Part shown: in pieces, positions 9,561 through 17,099 of the stretch | Layout: every line of letters starts with the position of its first letter | How positions within the stretch are numbered: position 1 is the first letter of the stretch | Program-made: the position numbers and the translations under genes | NCBI RefSeq assembly: GCF_923077115.1 | Contig: NZ_CAKLPX010000001.1 | Span: 1,799,565-1,831,564 of the forward strand | Reading direction: 5' to 3' | DNA: 32,000 bases | DNA from: Sinobacterium norvegicum | GTDB taxonomy: Bacteria > Pseudomonadota > Gammaproteobacteria > Pseudomonadales > Sinobacteriaceae | The notes under the pieces: model-generated | What the model was told of the DNA's origin: nothing | Databases searched by the model: none | The model's input: the letters and a program-made list of their open reading frames with translations, nothing else

Positions 9561-10090
9561 TGAAAAATATCGCTGGTTTTTTACCCAATATCGCTATCAT
9601 TTTGTTCGTATTATTATCAGGCTGTGAGGAAAAAAAGGAACAACCGCTAGCATCGCCGAAACCAGTCATTATTCAAGATCACGATGAATGTGATTTGTGT
9701 GGCATGTACATTAACGCCTTCCCCGGACCAAAAGGACAAATATTTGAGCGAGGGCTGAACCACCCCAAACGCTTCTGCTCCACCCGTGACATGTTCGCTT
9801 ATGCTCTGCAGCCAGAGCATCGACATCGGATTGAACATATTTTTGTTCACGATGTTTCCAGCGCACCCTGGGACCATCAAGAGAGCGCACAGTACATCGA
9901 TGCAAGCAGCGCTTTCTTTGTCAGCGGCCATAAACTCAACGGCGCCATGGGACCCGCTCTCGCCTCATTTTCTACCCGCGCCGATGCGACTAATTTTGTT
10001 CGTGAGCAGGGAGGGAGTTTATTCACCTTCAAACAGATCGACATCGAGGTGCTTAATAAGATGAGCCATCAGCCTATGAACCCTGATTGA
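9560..10090 (+). CDS. nosL: NosL, copper-chaperone lipoprotein
   Basis: 176 aa. Lipobox LLSGC, CDLCGM metal-binding motif. ATG overlaps the nosY stop (TAATG). Confidence 0.85.
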   Translation: MKNIAGFLPNIAIILFVLLSGCEEKKEQPLASPKPVIIQDHDECDLCGMYINAFPGPKGQIFERGLNHPKRFCSTRDMFAYALQPEHRHRIEHIFVHDVSSAPWDHQESAQYIDASSAFFVSGHKLNGAMGPALASFSTRADATNFVREQGGSLFTFKQIDIEVLNKMSHQPMNPD

Positions 10091-10153
10091 TATGATATCA
10101 TATGCATACATAAGCACTATAATAGCAGGCAAATTTTGTACAATTCCGATGAT

Positions 10154-11200
10154 ATGAACGCCAAAGATGCAAAGTCACATGCCCAAGCATTGGCGTTTGG
10201 CCCCATTCTTTTTCAGGCAACACAAGCCCTACGCGACTTAGGGATTTTAACCGTTTTAGACAACTCACCCAAGCGACAAAGTGATTGCGAGACCATTGCA
10301 CAGCAATGCGGCCTCAGCGTCTATGGTGTATCGGTGTTACTCGATGTAGGCCTCAGCGCCCGCGTCGTCTATCTCGACAACGGCCTTTTCACGCTCAGCA
10401 AGGTTGGCTTCTTCATTCTTCACGATGATATGACCCGGGTGAATATGGATTTCTGCCAGGATATTTGTTATCGCGGCATGGATCATTTGCAGGAAGCCAT
10501 TGTCACTGGCAAGCCAGCCGGCCTGAAAGAGCTAGGCCCTTGGCCTACAATTTACCCCGCCCTATCTGAGCTAACACCACAACAGAAAAGTAGCTGGTTC
10601 GCCTTCGATCATTTCTATTCTGATCAGGCATTCCCCGTTTTGTTACAGCAAGTTTTTGCGATAAAACCACGACAGATTTTCGACATTGGCGGTAATACTG
10701 GTCGCTGGGCTCGCAAGTGCGTAGAGCATGACAATGATGTCGAGGTGACTATTGTCGACCTACCCCAACAGACTAAAACGGCAGCGGCCGAGGCTGAAAA
10801 GCACGGCTATGCTGAACGGATCCATACCCACGCCATCGACCTCCTCGTCGACGACACCCCGATCCCATCGGGTGCCGATGTTTATTGGATGAGCCAATTC
10901 CTCGACTGCTTCTCCAGCGAGCAAATCGTCAGCATTTTACACAGGGTAAAAGAGGCGATGCGCGATGACGCCGTGGTCTATATTCTAGAGCTGTTTTGGG
11001 ATAGGCAGGCCTATGAGGCTGCCGCACTGAGCCTCAACTGCACCTCGCTTTACTTCACCGTACTGGCCAATGGTAATAGCCATTTTTACCACTCGGAGCA
11101 AATGCTGGCGCTGATCGAGGAAGCCGGACTAACAGTCATCGAACAGGTAGACGGTGTCGGCCTCGGCCACAGCCTGATCAAGTGTAGCAAGTCACCTTAA
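10154..11200 (+). CDS. Class I SAM-dependent methyltransferase, O-methyltransferase family-2-like with an N-terminal winged-helix/dimerisation-like region
   Basis: SAM motif I IFDIGGNTGRWA, acidic post-I residue (IVDLP). The N-terminal ~90 aa resemble the OMT dimerisation domain. The ORF track starts at TTG 10136; I prefer ATG 10154, but neither has a good SD. Confidence 0.7.
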   Translation: MNAKDAKSHAQALAFGPILFQATQALRDLGILTVLDNSPKRQSDCETIAQQCGLSVYGVSVLLDVGLSARVVYLDNGLFTLSKVGFFILHDDMTRVNMDFCQDICYRGMDHLQEAIVTGKPAGLKELGPWPTIYPALSELTPQQKSSWFAFDHFYSDQAFPVLLQQVFAIKPRQIFDIGGNTGRWARKCVEHDNDVEVTIVDLPQQTKTAAAEAEKHGYAERIHTHAIDLLVDDTPIPSGADVYWMSQFLDCFSSEQIVSILHRVKEAMRDDAVVYILELFWDRQAYEAAALSLNCTSLYFTVLANGNSHFYHSEQMLALIEEAGLTVIEQVDGVGLGHSLIKCSKSP

Positions 11201-11341
11201 TTCAGCGTCTTTTCAGCAGGGGATAGTGTCTGCGTTAGCGACTCTCCCCTCGCTGTTTACCCTCTTCGTTACAACCTCGCTATCGGCGTCTATAGTTAAT
11301 GCAATAATCTGGTTAATATATCGATAGTATTTGAGGCAGCA

Positions 11342-11704
11342 ATGACCATTCAAATCAAGCATATTGCAGTGATCACCCGCCGCTTCAGTCTAGAAAGCAA
11401 TTACCCCGGTGGCATTAATCAGCTTATTTTCGATTCCCCTTGCGATGCCATCAGTCAAGATAACTTCCTCATTGCGGTACACTTTCACAGTGAGTTAAGC
11501 GCGAGAAAATTCATTAGAAAGCTTACCAGGCAACATCTGATATACAGCCCAGACGGACACTACAGCGATATACTACTGCTTAATTATAGTGACACTCGCC
11601 GCCAGCATTGCGACTGGCTGGTGGTTAACAACCAACTCGATAACACCCTTTTTTGCCACTCAGCACTGGAGCAAGCCAAACAAATTTCAGGGTTAGAGCT
11701 CTGA
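11342..11704 (+). CDS. Hypothetical protein (120 aa), no recognisable domain
   Basis: Isolated ORF with ATG start preceded by GAGGCAGCA. No motif recognised. Coding status inferred only from length and its fit between neighbouring genes. Confidence 0.45.
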   Translation: MTIQIKHIAVITRRFSLESNYPGGINQLIFDSPCDAISQDNFLIAVHFHSELSARKFIRKLTRQHLIYSPDGHYSDILLLNYSDTRRQHCDWLVVNNQLDNTLFCHSALEQAKQISGLEL

Positions 11705-11809
11705 CCGCTTCATCAACGGCTAACGATCAATCGCCATGACCACGCGAGCATTGGTCAAGCGTCAGTATTTATGCTCTGATAGTAGTTTTCAAATAGCACT
11801 GTAAGCACT

Positions 11810-13528
11810 ATGGCAACTTCCGTATATCTCGCTCGCTCCATACTCAATAGTTTTGAGGCAATGTTTGCCGACTTTCAAAATATTACCCTTGGTGCCAAGG
11901 CACGCTTTGAGCAGGCTGACTGGCAAGCGGTGCACGATGCGCAAAAAACACGACTAGAAATTTACAAAAGTAAAACCCTGCAGCTGAATGATTTACTCAA
12001 AACCTTGGCAGGTTCCCAGTTAAGAGATCTGGCACTCTGGCAACAGGCCAAACAATACTATCGCGAGCTGATCAAGCATCACATCAATTATGAAATTGCC
12101 GAGAGCTTTTTTAACTCCACCTTCTGCTCCATCTTCGAACATCACAATATCAACAATGATTTAGCCTTTGTTTTAAGTTCGAAAATGGCCGCCGACCCCA
12201 GCCTCGACTTTCCGATATACCGCACCTACCATACCCATCAAAATATCAATAAGTTAATTCGCGATATCATTGCCGAGTTTGAGTTCAACGTCGACTATGA
12301 AAACCTCGACCGCGATATTCGAACCGCCACCGTCATCGCCGTCAAAGCCATCACCCCTAAAATTAAGGGCGATATGGTTAATATACGAGTCGACGTGCTC
12401 AAGCCAGTGTTTTATCGCAACAAAGGCGCTTACCTCGTCGGCAGAATTTTCAATGACGACACGCCTCCACTGCCGTTTGTCATCCCCATCATCAACAAAC
12501 CCGGGCAGGGGCTCTGTATTGACACACTTATTTTTGAGCCGGACGAAGTCAGTATCATCTTCAGCTTTACCCGCTGGTATTTCATGGTCGACTCTCAAGT
12601 GCCGTCGCAAATAGTCAGTTTTTTACATGGTTTGATACCCAGCAAGCCGATTTCTGAGCTATATAGCTGCATTGGCTTTAGAAAGCATGCTAAAACACAG
12701 TTCTTCCGTGATTTTCTCGATAATATCGAGCACTCCAACGACCAGCTGATTATTGCACCCGGTATCAAGGGCATGGTCATGACAGTATTTACTCTGCCAT
12801 CACTCGATATAGTCTTTAAGCTGATTAAGGACAAGTTCGCCCCGCCCAAACAAGTTACCCGAGAGATAGTGAAACAGAAATACCGATTGGTTACCCATCA
12901 CGACCGTGTTGGGCGAATGGCTGACACGCAAGAGTTCAAACACTTCCGCATCCCTAAGAGCTTGTTCACCCAAGAGCTATTGGATGAACTTTATCAGGTC
13001 GCCCCCTCGTTACTCCAAGAGAAGGGTAGCGACATCATCATTAAGCATCTGTATATCGAACGTCGCATGACACCGCTTAATATCTACCTCAGCACTGCCA
13101 CTGACGATGAAATATGGCAGGTAATGGATGAATACGGCAATGCGATTAAGCAACTTGCAGCCGCCAATATTTTTCCCGGCGATATGCTGCTGAAGAACTT
13201 CGGCGTCACACGTCACGGTCGCGTGGTGTTTTATGATTACGATGAAATCTGCTTTATCACCGAGTGTAATTTCCGCAAAATCCCAGAACCTCAGACGCCG
13301 GAACAGGAGATGGCCTCGACACCTTGGTACTCCGTCGATGACTTTGATATTTTTCCGGAAGAATTTGGCCTTTTCTTCGCCGGCAACCGCAAAGCACGCA
13401 AAGCCTTTGACCAGCTCCATGCCGACCTCTATACCCCTGAGTACTGGCTAAGCCTGCAGCGCAATATAGAACAAGGTCAAATTATGGATGTATTTCCCTA
13501 TCGAAGAAACCGGCGCTTTTCACACTGA
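11810..13528 (+). CDS. aceK: Isocitrate dehydrogenase kinase/phosphatase
   Basis: 572 aa. N-terminal region (ARSILNSFEAMFADFQNITLGAKARFEQADW) and overall length are characteristic of AceK. Confidence 0.92.
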   Translation: MATSVYLARSILNSFEAMFADFQNITLGAKARFEQADWQAVHDAQKTRLEIYKSKTLQLNDLLKTLAGSQLRDLALWQQAKQYYRELIKHHINYEIAESFFNSTFCSIFEHHNINNDLAFVLSSKMAADPSLDFPIYRTYHTHQNINKLIRDIIAEFEFNVDYENLDRDIRTATVIAVKAITPKIKGDMVNIRVDVLKPVFYRNKGAYLVGRIFNDDTPPLPFVIPIINKPGQGLCIDTLIFEPDEVSIIFSFTRWYFMVDSQVPSQIVSFLHGLIPSKPISELYSCIGFRKHAKTQFFRDFLDNIEHSNDQLIIAPGIKGMVMTVFTLPSLDIVFKLIKDKFAPPKQVTREIVKQKYRLVTHHDRVGRMADTQEFKHFRIPKSLFTQELLDELYQVAPSLLQEKGSDIIIKHLYIERRMTPLNIYLSTATDDEIWQVMDEYGNAIKQLAAANIFPGDMLLKNFGVTRHGRVVFYDYDEICFITECNFRKIPEPQTPEQEMASTPWYSVDDFDIFPEEFGLFFAGNRKARKAFDQLHADLYTPEYWLSLQRNIEQGQIMDVFPYRRNRRFSH

Positions 13529-13641
13529 TAACCTCTGGCACGCACAAACCTGTTGATTTTCAGCGTTTACTTATTGAGCAATAGTAGGAGCGTTAGCACT
13601 GACCGGCACTGGCGAGGGTTATCTCACTTCCATCACCAGAC

Positions 13642-13661
13642 TTATCCACAGAATCTGTGGA
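13642..13661. promoter_or_regulatory. Consensus DnaA-box 9-mer TTATCCACA overlapping a 7-bp inverted repeat (TCCACAG-AAT-CTGTGGA)
   Basis: Read directly from the sequence. Sits between aceK and the 243-aa gene. Function unknown. Confidence 0.3.
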
Positions 13662-13791
13662 GTGTTTAACGATAGTGGCTGCCTGACGGCTTAATTGCCT
13701 CCGCAATTAGCCACAGGCTGAGGCAAACTGTTATATTAAATCATCAAAACGCTCAGGGTAGAAAACTAACAATGACAACGTCTCCTCAACG

Positions 13792-14523
13792 ATGAAAAAA
13801 CTTCTTATTTCTATAACACTTCTTGTTTTCTTAGGCGTGACGGCCTTTATCAACAGCCCGCGGCTCATTGGCCAAAGCCTACAAAGCGGTTTATCTGCGC
13901 TGTTAAAAACAGCGGTATCGATTAACCAGGTCGAACTATGCCTAAGCTGCACCAGTATCACCATCGACCAATTAAGCATTGCCAACCCCGATGGTTTCGA
14001 CGACATTGATGCGATTTCTGTCACCCAGCTGGTGGTTGAAATTGACCTGCTATCAGTATGGTCCAACCCGACCATCTTTCACCGCTTAATCATTGAGCAA
14101 ATTAAAATCAACTACAGCAAAGCCGGACGACGCAGCAATCTGACCCGCTTACTGGCCAACTTGCCTGAGAGTTTCACCTCGACCGTCAACTACGATGAAA
14201 TCGAGTTCGTCTCCATGCCGGATAAAGCCACACAGAAACGCCCTGAGCAGCAGCTTTACAGCCTCGATCAACTGACAATCAACCGTACGACAATCACCGC
14301 CAACAGCGATGACATCAGTAGCAAGCCACTGACACTTGAGCTTGCCCCCCTGACCCTCTACGAGCTTGGCCACCCAGACCACGGCCAAACTGCCAGCGCA
14401 ATTATAGGTTCCATCTTAGGGCGGCTCCAGCTTGAACTCGGTGCAGCGCTGATAAAATCCCCTGAATTTCGTCAGCATATTCGCCAAAAAACACAGCAAC
14501 GACTACAACAACGCCAGCAATAA
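13792..14523 (+). CDS. Hypothetical exported or membrane-anchored protein with Q/R-rich C-terminus
   Basis: 243 aa. N-terminal hydrophobic signal/anchor MKKLLISITLLVFLGVTAF. C-terminal QKTQQRLQQRQQ. No catalytic motif recognised. Confidence 0.55.
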   Translation: MKKLLISITLLVFLGVTAFINSPRLIGQSLQSGLSALLKTAVSINQVELCLSCTSITIDQLSIANPDGFDDIDAISVTQLVVEIDLLSVWSNPTIFHRLIIEQIKINYSKAGRRSNLTRLLANLPESFTSTVNYDEIEFVSMPDKATQKRPEQQLYSLDQLTINRTTITANSDDISSKPLTLELAPLTLYELGHPDHGQTASAIIGSILGRLQLELGAALIKSPEFRQHIRQKTQQRLQQRQQ

Positions 14524-14600
14524 TCGATGCTTTATTAACCAGCTGGCGGATGACAATATTAAGTCGAACAAAAGGATCAAAAAAAAAGTGCAAAGAGGGC

Positions 14601-14630
14601 TTGTCAGATACCAAAGTGCATGGCTATAAT
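14601..14630 (+). promoter_or_regulatory. Sigma70-type promoter for the tRNA-Asp pair
   Basis: TTGTCA (-35), 18-nt spacer, perfect TATAAT (-10), GC-rich discriminator GCGCCC, upstream A-tract (UP-like). The tRNA starts 17 nt after the -10. Confidence 0.7.
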
Positions 14631-14646
14631 GCGCCCACTTCGTAAC

Positions 14647-14723
14647 GGGCCGGTAGTTCAGCTGGTTAGAATGCCGGCCTGTCACGCCGGAGGTCGCGGG
14701 TTCGAGTCCCGTCCGGCCCGCCA
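14647..14723 (+). tRNA. tRNA-Asp (anticodon GUC), copy 1
   Basis: 77 nt. Cloverleaf can be laid out by hand: acceptor GGGCCGG/CCGGCCC, anticodon loop CTGTCAC, T-arm GCGGGTTCGAGTCCCGT, encoded CCA. Near-identical in architecture to E. coli tRNA-Asp. Confidence 0.97.
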
Positions 14724-14786
14724 CTTATTTTATAGCGGCATACGAAGTTATCTAGGCTGGTTGACTCATCAATCAGCTCCTATTGC

Positions 14787-14863
14787 GGGCCGGTAGTTCA
14801 GCTGGTTAGAATGCCGGCCTGTCACGCCGGAGGTCGCGGGTTCGAGTCCCGTCCGGCCCGCCA
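14787..14863 (+). tRNA. tRNA-Asp (anticodon GUC), copy 2, identical to copy 1
   Basis: Exact 77-nt repeat of 14647-14723 after a 63-nt spacer. Confidence 0.97.
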
Positions 14864-15022
14864 CTCTTTCGACACATACTCTTCAAGTAAAATGGCATAA
14901 TATCGGTTGATAGTAACTATATTCCCGTTATTGCCCTGCAGTCATTTACCCCCCATACATTACCTCGTAGAATAAGTCCGCTATTAAGACTCTTCAACTC
15001 AACGCTTTTCTGGAGCAACGTC

Positions 15023-15853
15023 TTGTCAAAGAGCTCAAAACACAATGCTTTTGGCCGCTTGCTCAAGCTGTGGCGCAACACCCGTGGCATCAGCCAGGAA
15101 GAGCTGTCTCTTGAAGTCGATGTTTCTGGTCGGCATATTAGTTTTTTAGAGACCGGCCGCTCCAACCCAGGCCGCAACCTTGTCATTAAAATTGCCGACG
15201 TCTTCAAGCTGTCGCCCAGAGATCGAAACAACTTATTAGTCGCCGCTGGCTTTACCCAGAGTGACAGCGAGTCCGACTTACAGCGCCACCGCTTAACCAC
15301 CAAGACCCTGCAATTATCACTGGCCAGTTTAGAGCCGACGCCGGCCTGCGCATCTGATGCCTATGGCAATATTTTGATGGTCAATCGCGGCTGGGTAAAG
15401 CTTCATCAAGGCTGCGCCAAAGAACTGATCCAAACCCCTAATATCAACTCATACCATCTGTATTTTGCCGATAATGGCCTCAAGCCACTGCTGATCGATT
15501 GGGAGAATATCGCCTGCGCACTGCTGATGAACCTTCAGCAGGAAGTGTTGCTCACCGACGACGCCAGGGCTGAAGAGGTGCTGGTACAATTGCTGGCCTA
15601 TCCTGACACTCCTGAGAATTGGCAGCAGAAAAGTGATCAGTTTGGCTACCAACATAGCTTCAGAATTGATGTCAGAACACCACAGAACGGTGTCGATGAA
15701 TTACTTTGCATCAACCATACCGTCGGCGCCACACCGTTTATCAGCGACCCCCGTATCATCATGTCCAGCTTCCATCGTGCCGATGGTCAGCCCATGTTTA
15801 CCAGTGATGACCTTGACGATATCAGTCACCCGCTTTTATTCAGTGAGTTTTAA
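15023..15853 (+). CDS. XRE-family HTH transcriptional regulator with MmyB-like C-terminal ligand-binding domain
   Basis: 276 aa. TTG start 7 nt after GGAG. N-terminal HTH (FGRLLKLWRNTRGISQEELSLEVDVSGRHISFLETGRSNP). Following region (PACASDAYGNILMVNRGW...) resembles the MmyB-like domain. Confidence 0.75.
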   Translation: MSKSSKHNAFGRLLKLWRNTRGISQEELSLEVDVSGRHISFLETGRSNPGRNLVIKIADVFKLSPRDRNNLLVAAGFTQSDSESDLQRHRLTTKTLQLSLASLEPTPACASDAYGNILMVNRGWVKLHQGCAKELIQTPNINSYHLYFADNGLKPLLIDWENIACALLMNLQQEVLLTDDARAEEVLVQLLAYPDTPENWQQKSDQFGYQHSFRIDVRTPQNGVDELLCINHTVGATPFISDPRIIMSSFHRADGQPMFTSDDLDDISHPLLFSEF

Positions 15854-15858
15854 TCGCG

Positions 15859-16509
15859 ATGAAACAGGAAAAAGGTGCAGAGGGCTTCAGTGAAAACTAT
15901 TGGCTCGAAAACTATGCCGATGTCGACGACATGGATGGCATGTATAACGCACGTGACCACGCCCACTATCTAAAGGCGGTATTCGCCCTCGACCAGATCG
16001 CCATTCGCAGCATCGCCGATTTTGGCTTCGGCCCTGGCCACCTGTTTTCAGCGGCCCTCGATACCTTTAAGCCTTATCGTAGCCTCGGGCTCGAACCGAG
16101 CGCCAGCGCCTTTATCAAAGCCCAAACCGTGTTAAAGCGTTATCAACCTCAACTACTGCAAACTGATCTGGCGAGCTGGTGTCGCGATAGCAGCCAGCAC
16201 AAGCGCTTCGATCTTGGTATCTGTACGTCGGTTTTGCAATACCTTAATGACCAAGAACTGGCCGCGGTAATACCCACACTGGCCCTGCGGGTGAAGTATC
16301 TTTATCTCACGGTACCAACCGCCGCTGAGCAGCAACGGTTTGTCGAAGAATATCAGTTTGTTGATCAATACGCCTACAGTCGAACTCGCCAGCAATACAG
16401 AGAGTTATTATCGCCGCATTTCACCGTTGTCTCCAGCCGCCTGCTCGAGAGCAAGCAATTTTACAACGATCAAACCAGCGACTTCACCGAGGATTTATTT
16501 CGTTTCTGA
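15859..16509 (+). CDS. Class I SAM-dependent methyltransferase (substrate unknown)
   Basis: 216 aa. Motif I IADFGFGPG. Starts 5 nt after the regulator stop. No DPPY/NPPY or PCQ DNA-methyltransferase motifs seen. Confidence 0.75.
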   Translation: MKQEKGAEGFSENYWLENYADVDDMDGMYNARDHAHYLKAVFALDQIAIRSIADFGFGPGHLFSAALDTFKPYRSLGLEPSASAFIKAQTVLKRYQPQLLQTDLASWCRDSSQHKRFDLGICTSVLQYLNDQELAAVIPTLALRVKYLYLTVPTAAEQQRFVEEYQFVDQYAYSRTRQQYRELLSPHFTVVSSRLLESKQFYNDQTSDFTEDLFRF

Positions 16510-16514
16510 GCGAT

Positions 16515-16844
16515 TTACTGCTCACCGTACTCGTCACAGTACTCATCCCAGGTCATGCCCAGGGCCTCTGCTGTCTCGTGCTGATACTCCAACTGCATCT
16601 GCTTGAGCTCTTCAGGGCTGTCCGCAAGAACACTCAAGGTATATTCAGCGGTATCCATTCCCTCTTTCTGAGCATGTGCGGCAAAAGCACCGTAAACCGT
16701 ATTAGCCTTCAACTGCTCACAGCTTAAGCCTTGAGCACTGGCAGCCTTATCATCCAGCTCTTCAACCTCGGTCTGAATTAAAGGATGAGCCGCTAAAAAA
16801 CGATCGCAGGCAACTTCATAACGTTTACTTTTTGCCACTAACAT
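16515..16844 (-). CDS. Hypothetical acidic protein (109 aa from the ATG; 113 aa from the upstream TTG)
   Basis: ORF convergent on the methyltransferase, with stops 5 bp apart. ATG at 16844 is preceded by GGAG at good spacing. Acidic C-terminus WDEYCDEYGEQ. No known domain recognised. Confidence 0.55.
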   Translation of the reverse strand: MLVAKSKRYEVACDRFLAAHPLIQTEVEELDDKAASAQGLSCEQLKANTVYGAFAAHAQKEGMDTAEYTLSVLADSPEELKQMQLEYQHETAEALGMTWDEYCDEYGEQ

Positions 16845-17057
16845 ATTGAACTCCAATAGAATTTAACCGCTTAAAATTATTGCTCTCAGGGCGGTTTCAA
16901 ATAGTGTTATTGTTGTTATATCGCATTTTCAACTGCCGTTTTTTAACGGCGTTCAAACAGATTAGCAAAAAAAAATCACCTTGCCTACGAATTCAATATT
17001 ACAAATAATGCTTAAAAAACGTCCGTTTTAAAACTAAAAAAATGCCGCGGTAAAAAC

Positions 17058-17084
17058 AAAAAAGGCGCCAGAAGGCGCCTTTTT
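17058..17084 (-). terminator. Intrinsic terminator downstream of the acyl-CoA dehydrogenase
   Basis: AAAAAA-GGCGCC-AGAA-GGCGCC-TTTTT. On the minus strand the hairpin is followed by TTTTTTGTTTTT. Confidence 0.8.
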
Positions 17085-17099
17085 CATTCTTTTCAGCGG

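Noticed and set aside
12254-13420. Antisense and alternate-frame ORFs within aceK (118 aa, 114 aa, 136 aa, 84 aa).
   Set aside because: They are embedded in aceK, which has full-length family resemblance. No independent support exists.
11810-13528. aceK standing alone, without aceB/aceA.
   Set aside because: A stand-alone aceK is normal outside Enterobacteriaceae (for example in pseudomonads) and is not evidence of anything unusual.
14503-14724. A 73-aa minus-strand ORF overlapping tRNA-Asp copy 1.
   Set aside because: It is an antisense translation of a tRNA gene and its promoter, so it is an artefact.
14740-14751. A 12-nt exact match to a loxP arm (ATACGAAGTTAT, within GCATACGAAGTTAT) in the spacer between the two tRNA-Asp genes.
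   Set aside because: Only one arm is present. The would-be partner arm upstream (CACTTATTTTATA) matches only about 5 of 13 positions, the 8-bp spacer is not intact, and no Cre-like tyrosine recombinase is nearby. It is most likely coincidence and not a lox scar or a functional site. A genome-wide search for the inverted partner would settle it.
15023-16509. The XRE HTH protein followed by a methyltransferase, considered as a possible C-protein/restriction-modification system.
   Set aside because: The regulator is 276 aa with an MmyB-like ligand domain, whereas C-proteins are about 80 aa. The methyltransferase lacks DPPY/NPPY or PCQ/ENV DNA-methyltransferase motifs, and no endonuclease gene is present.
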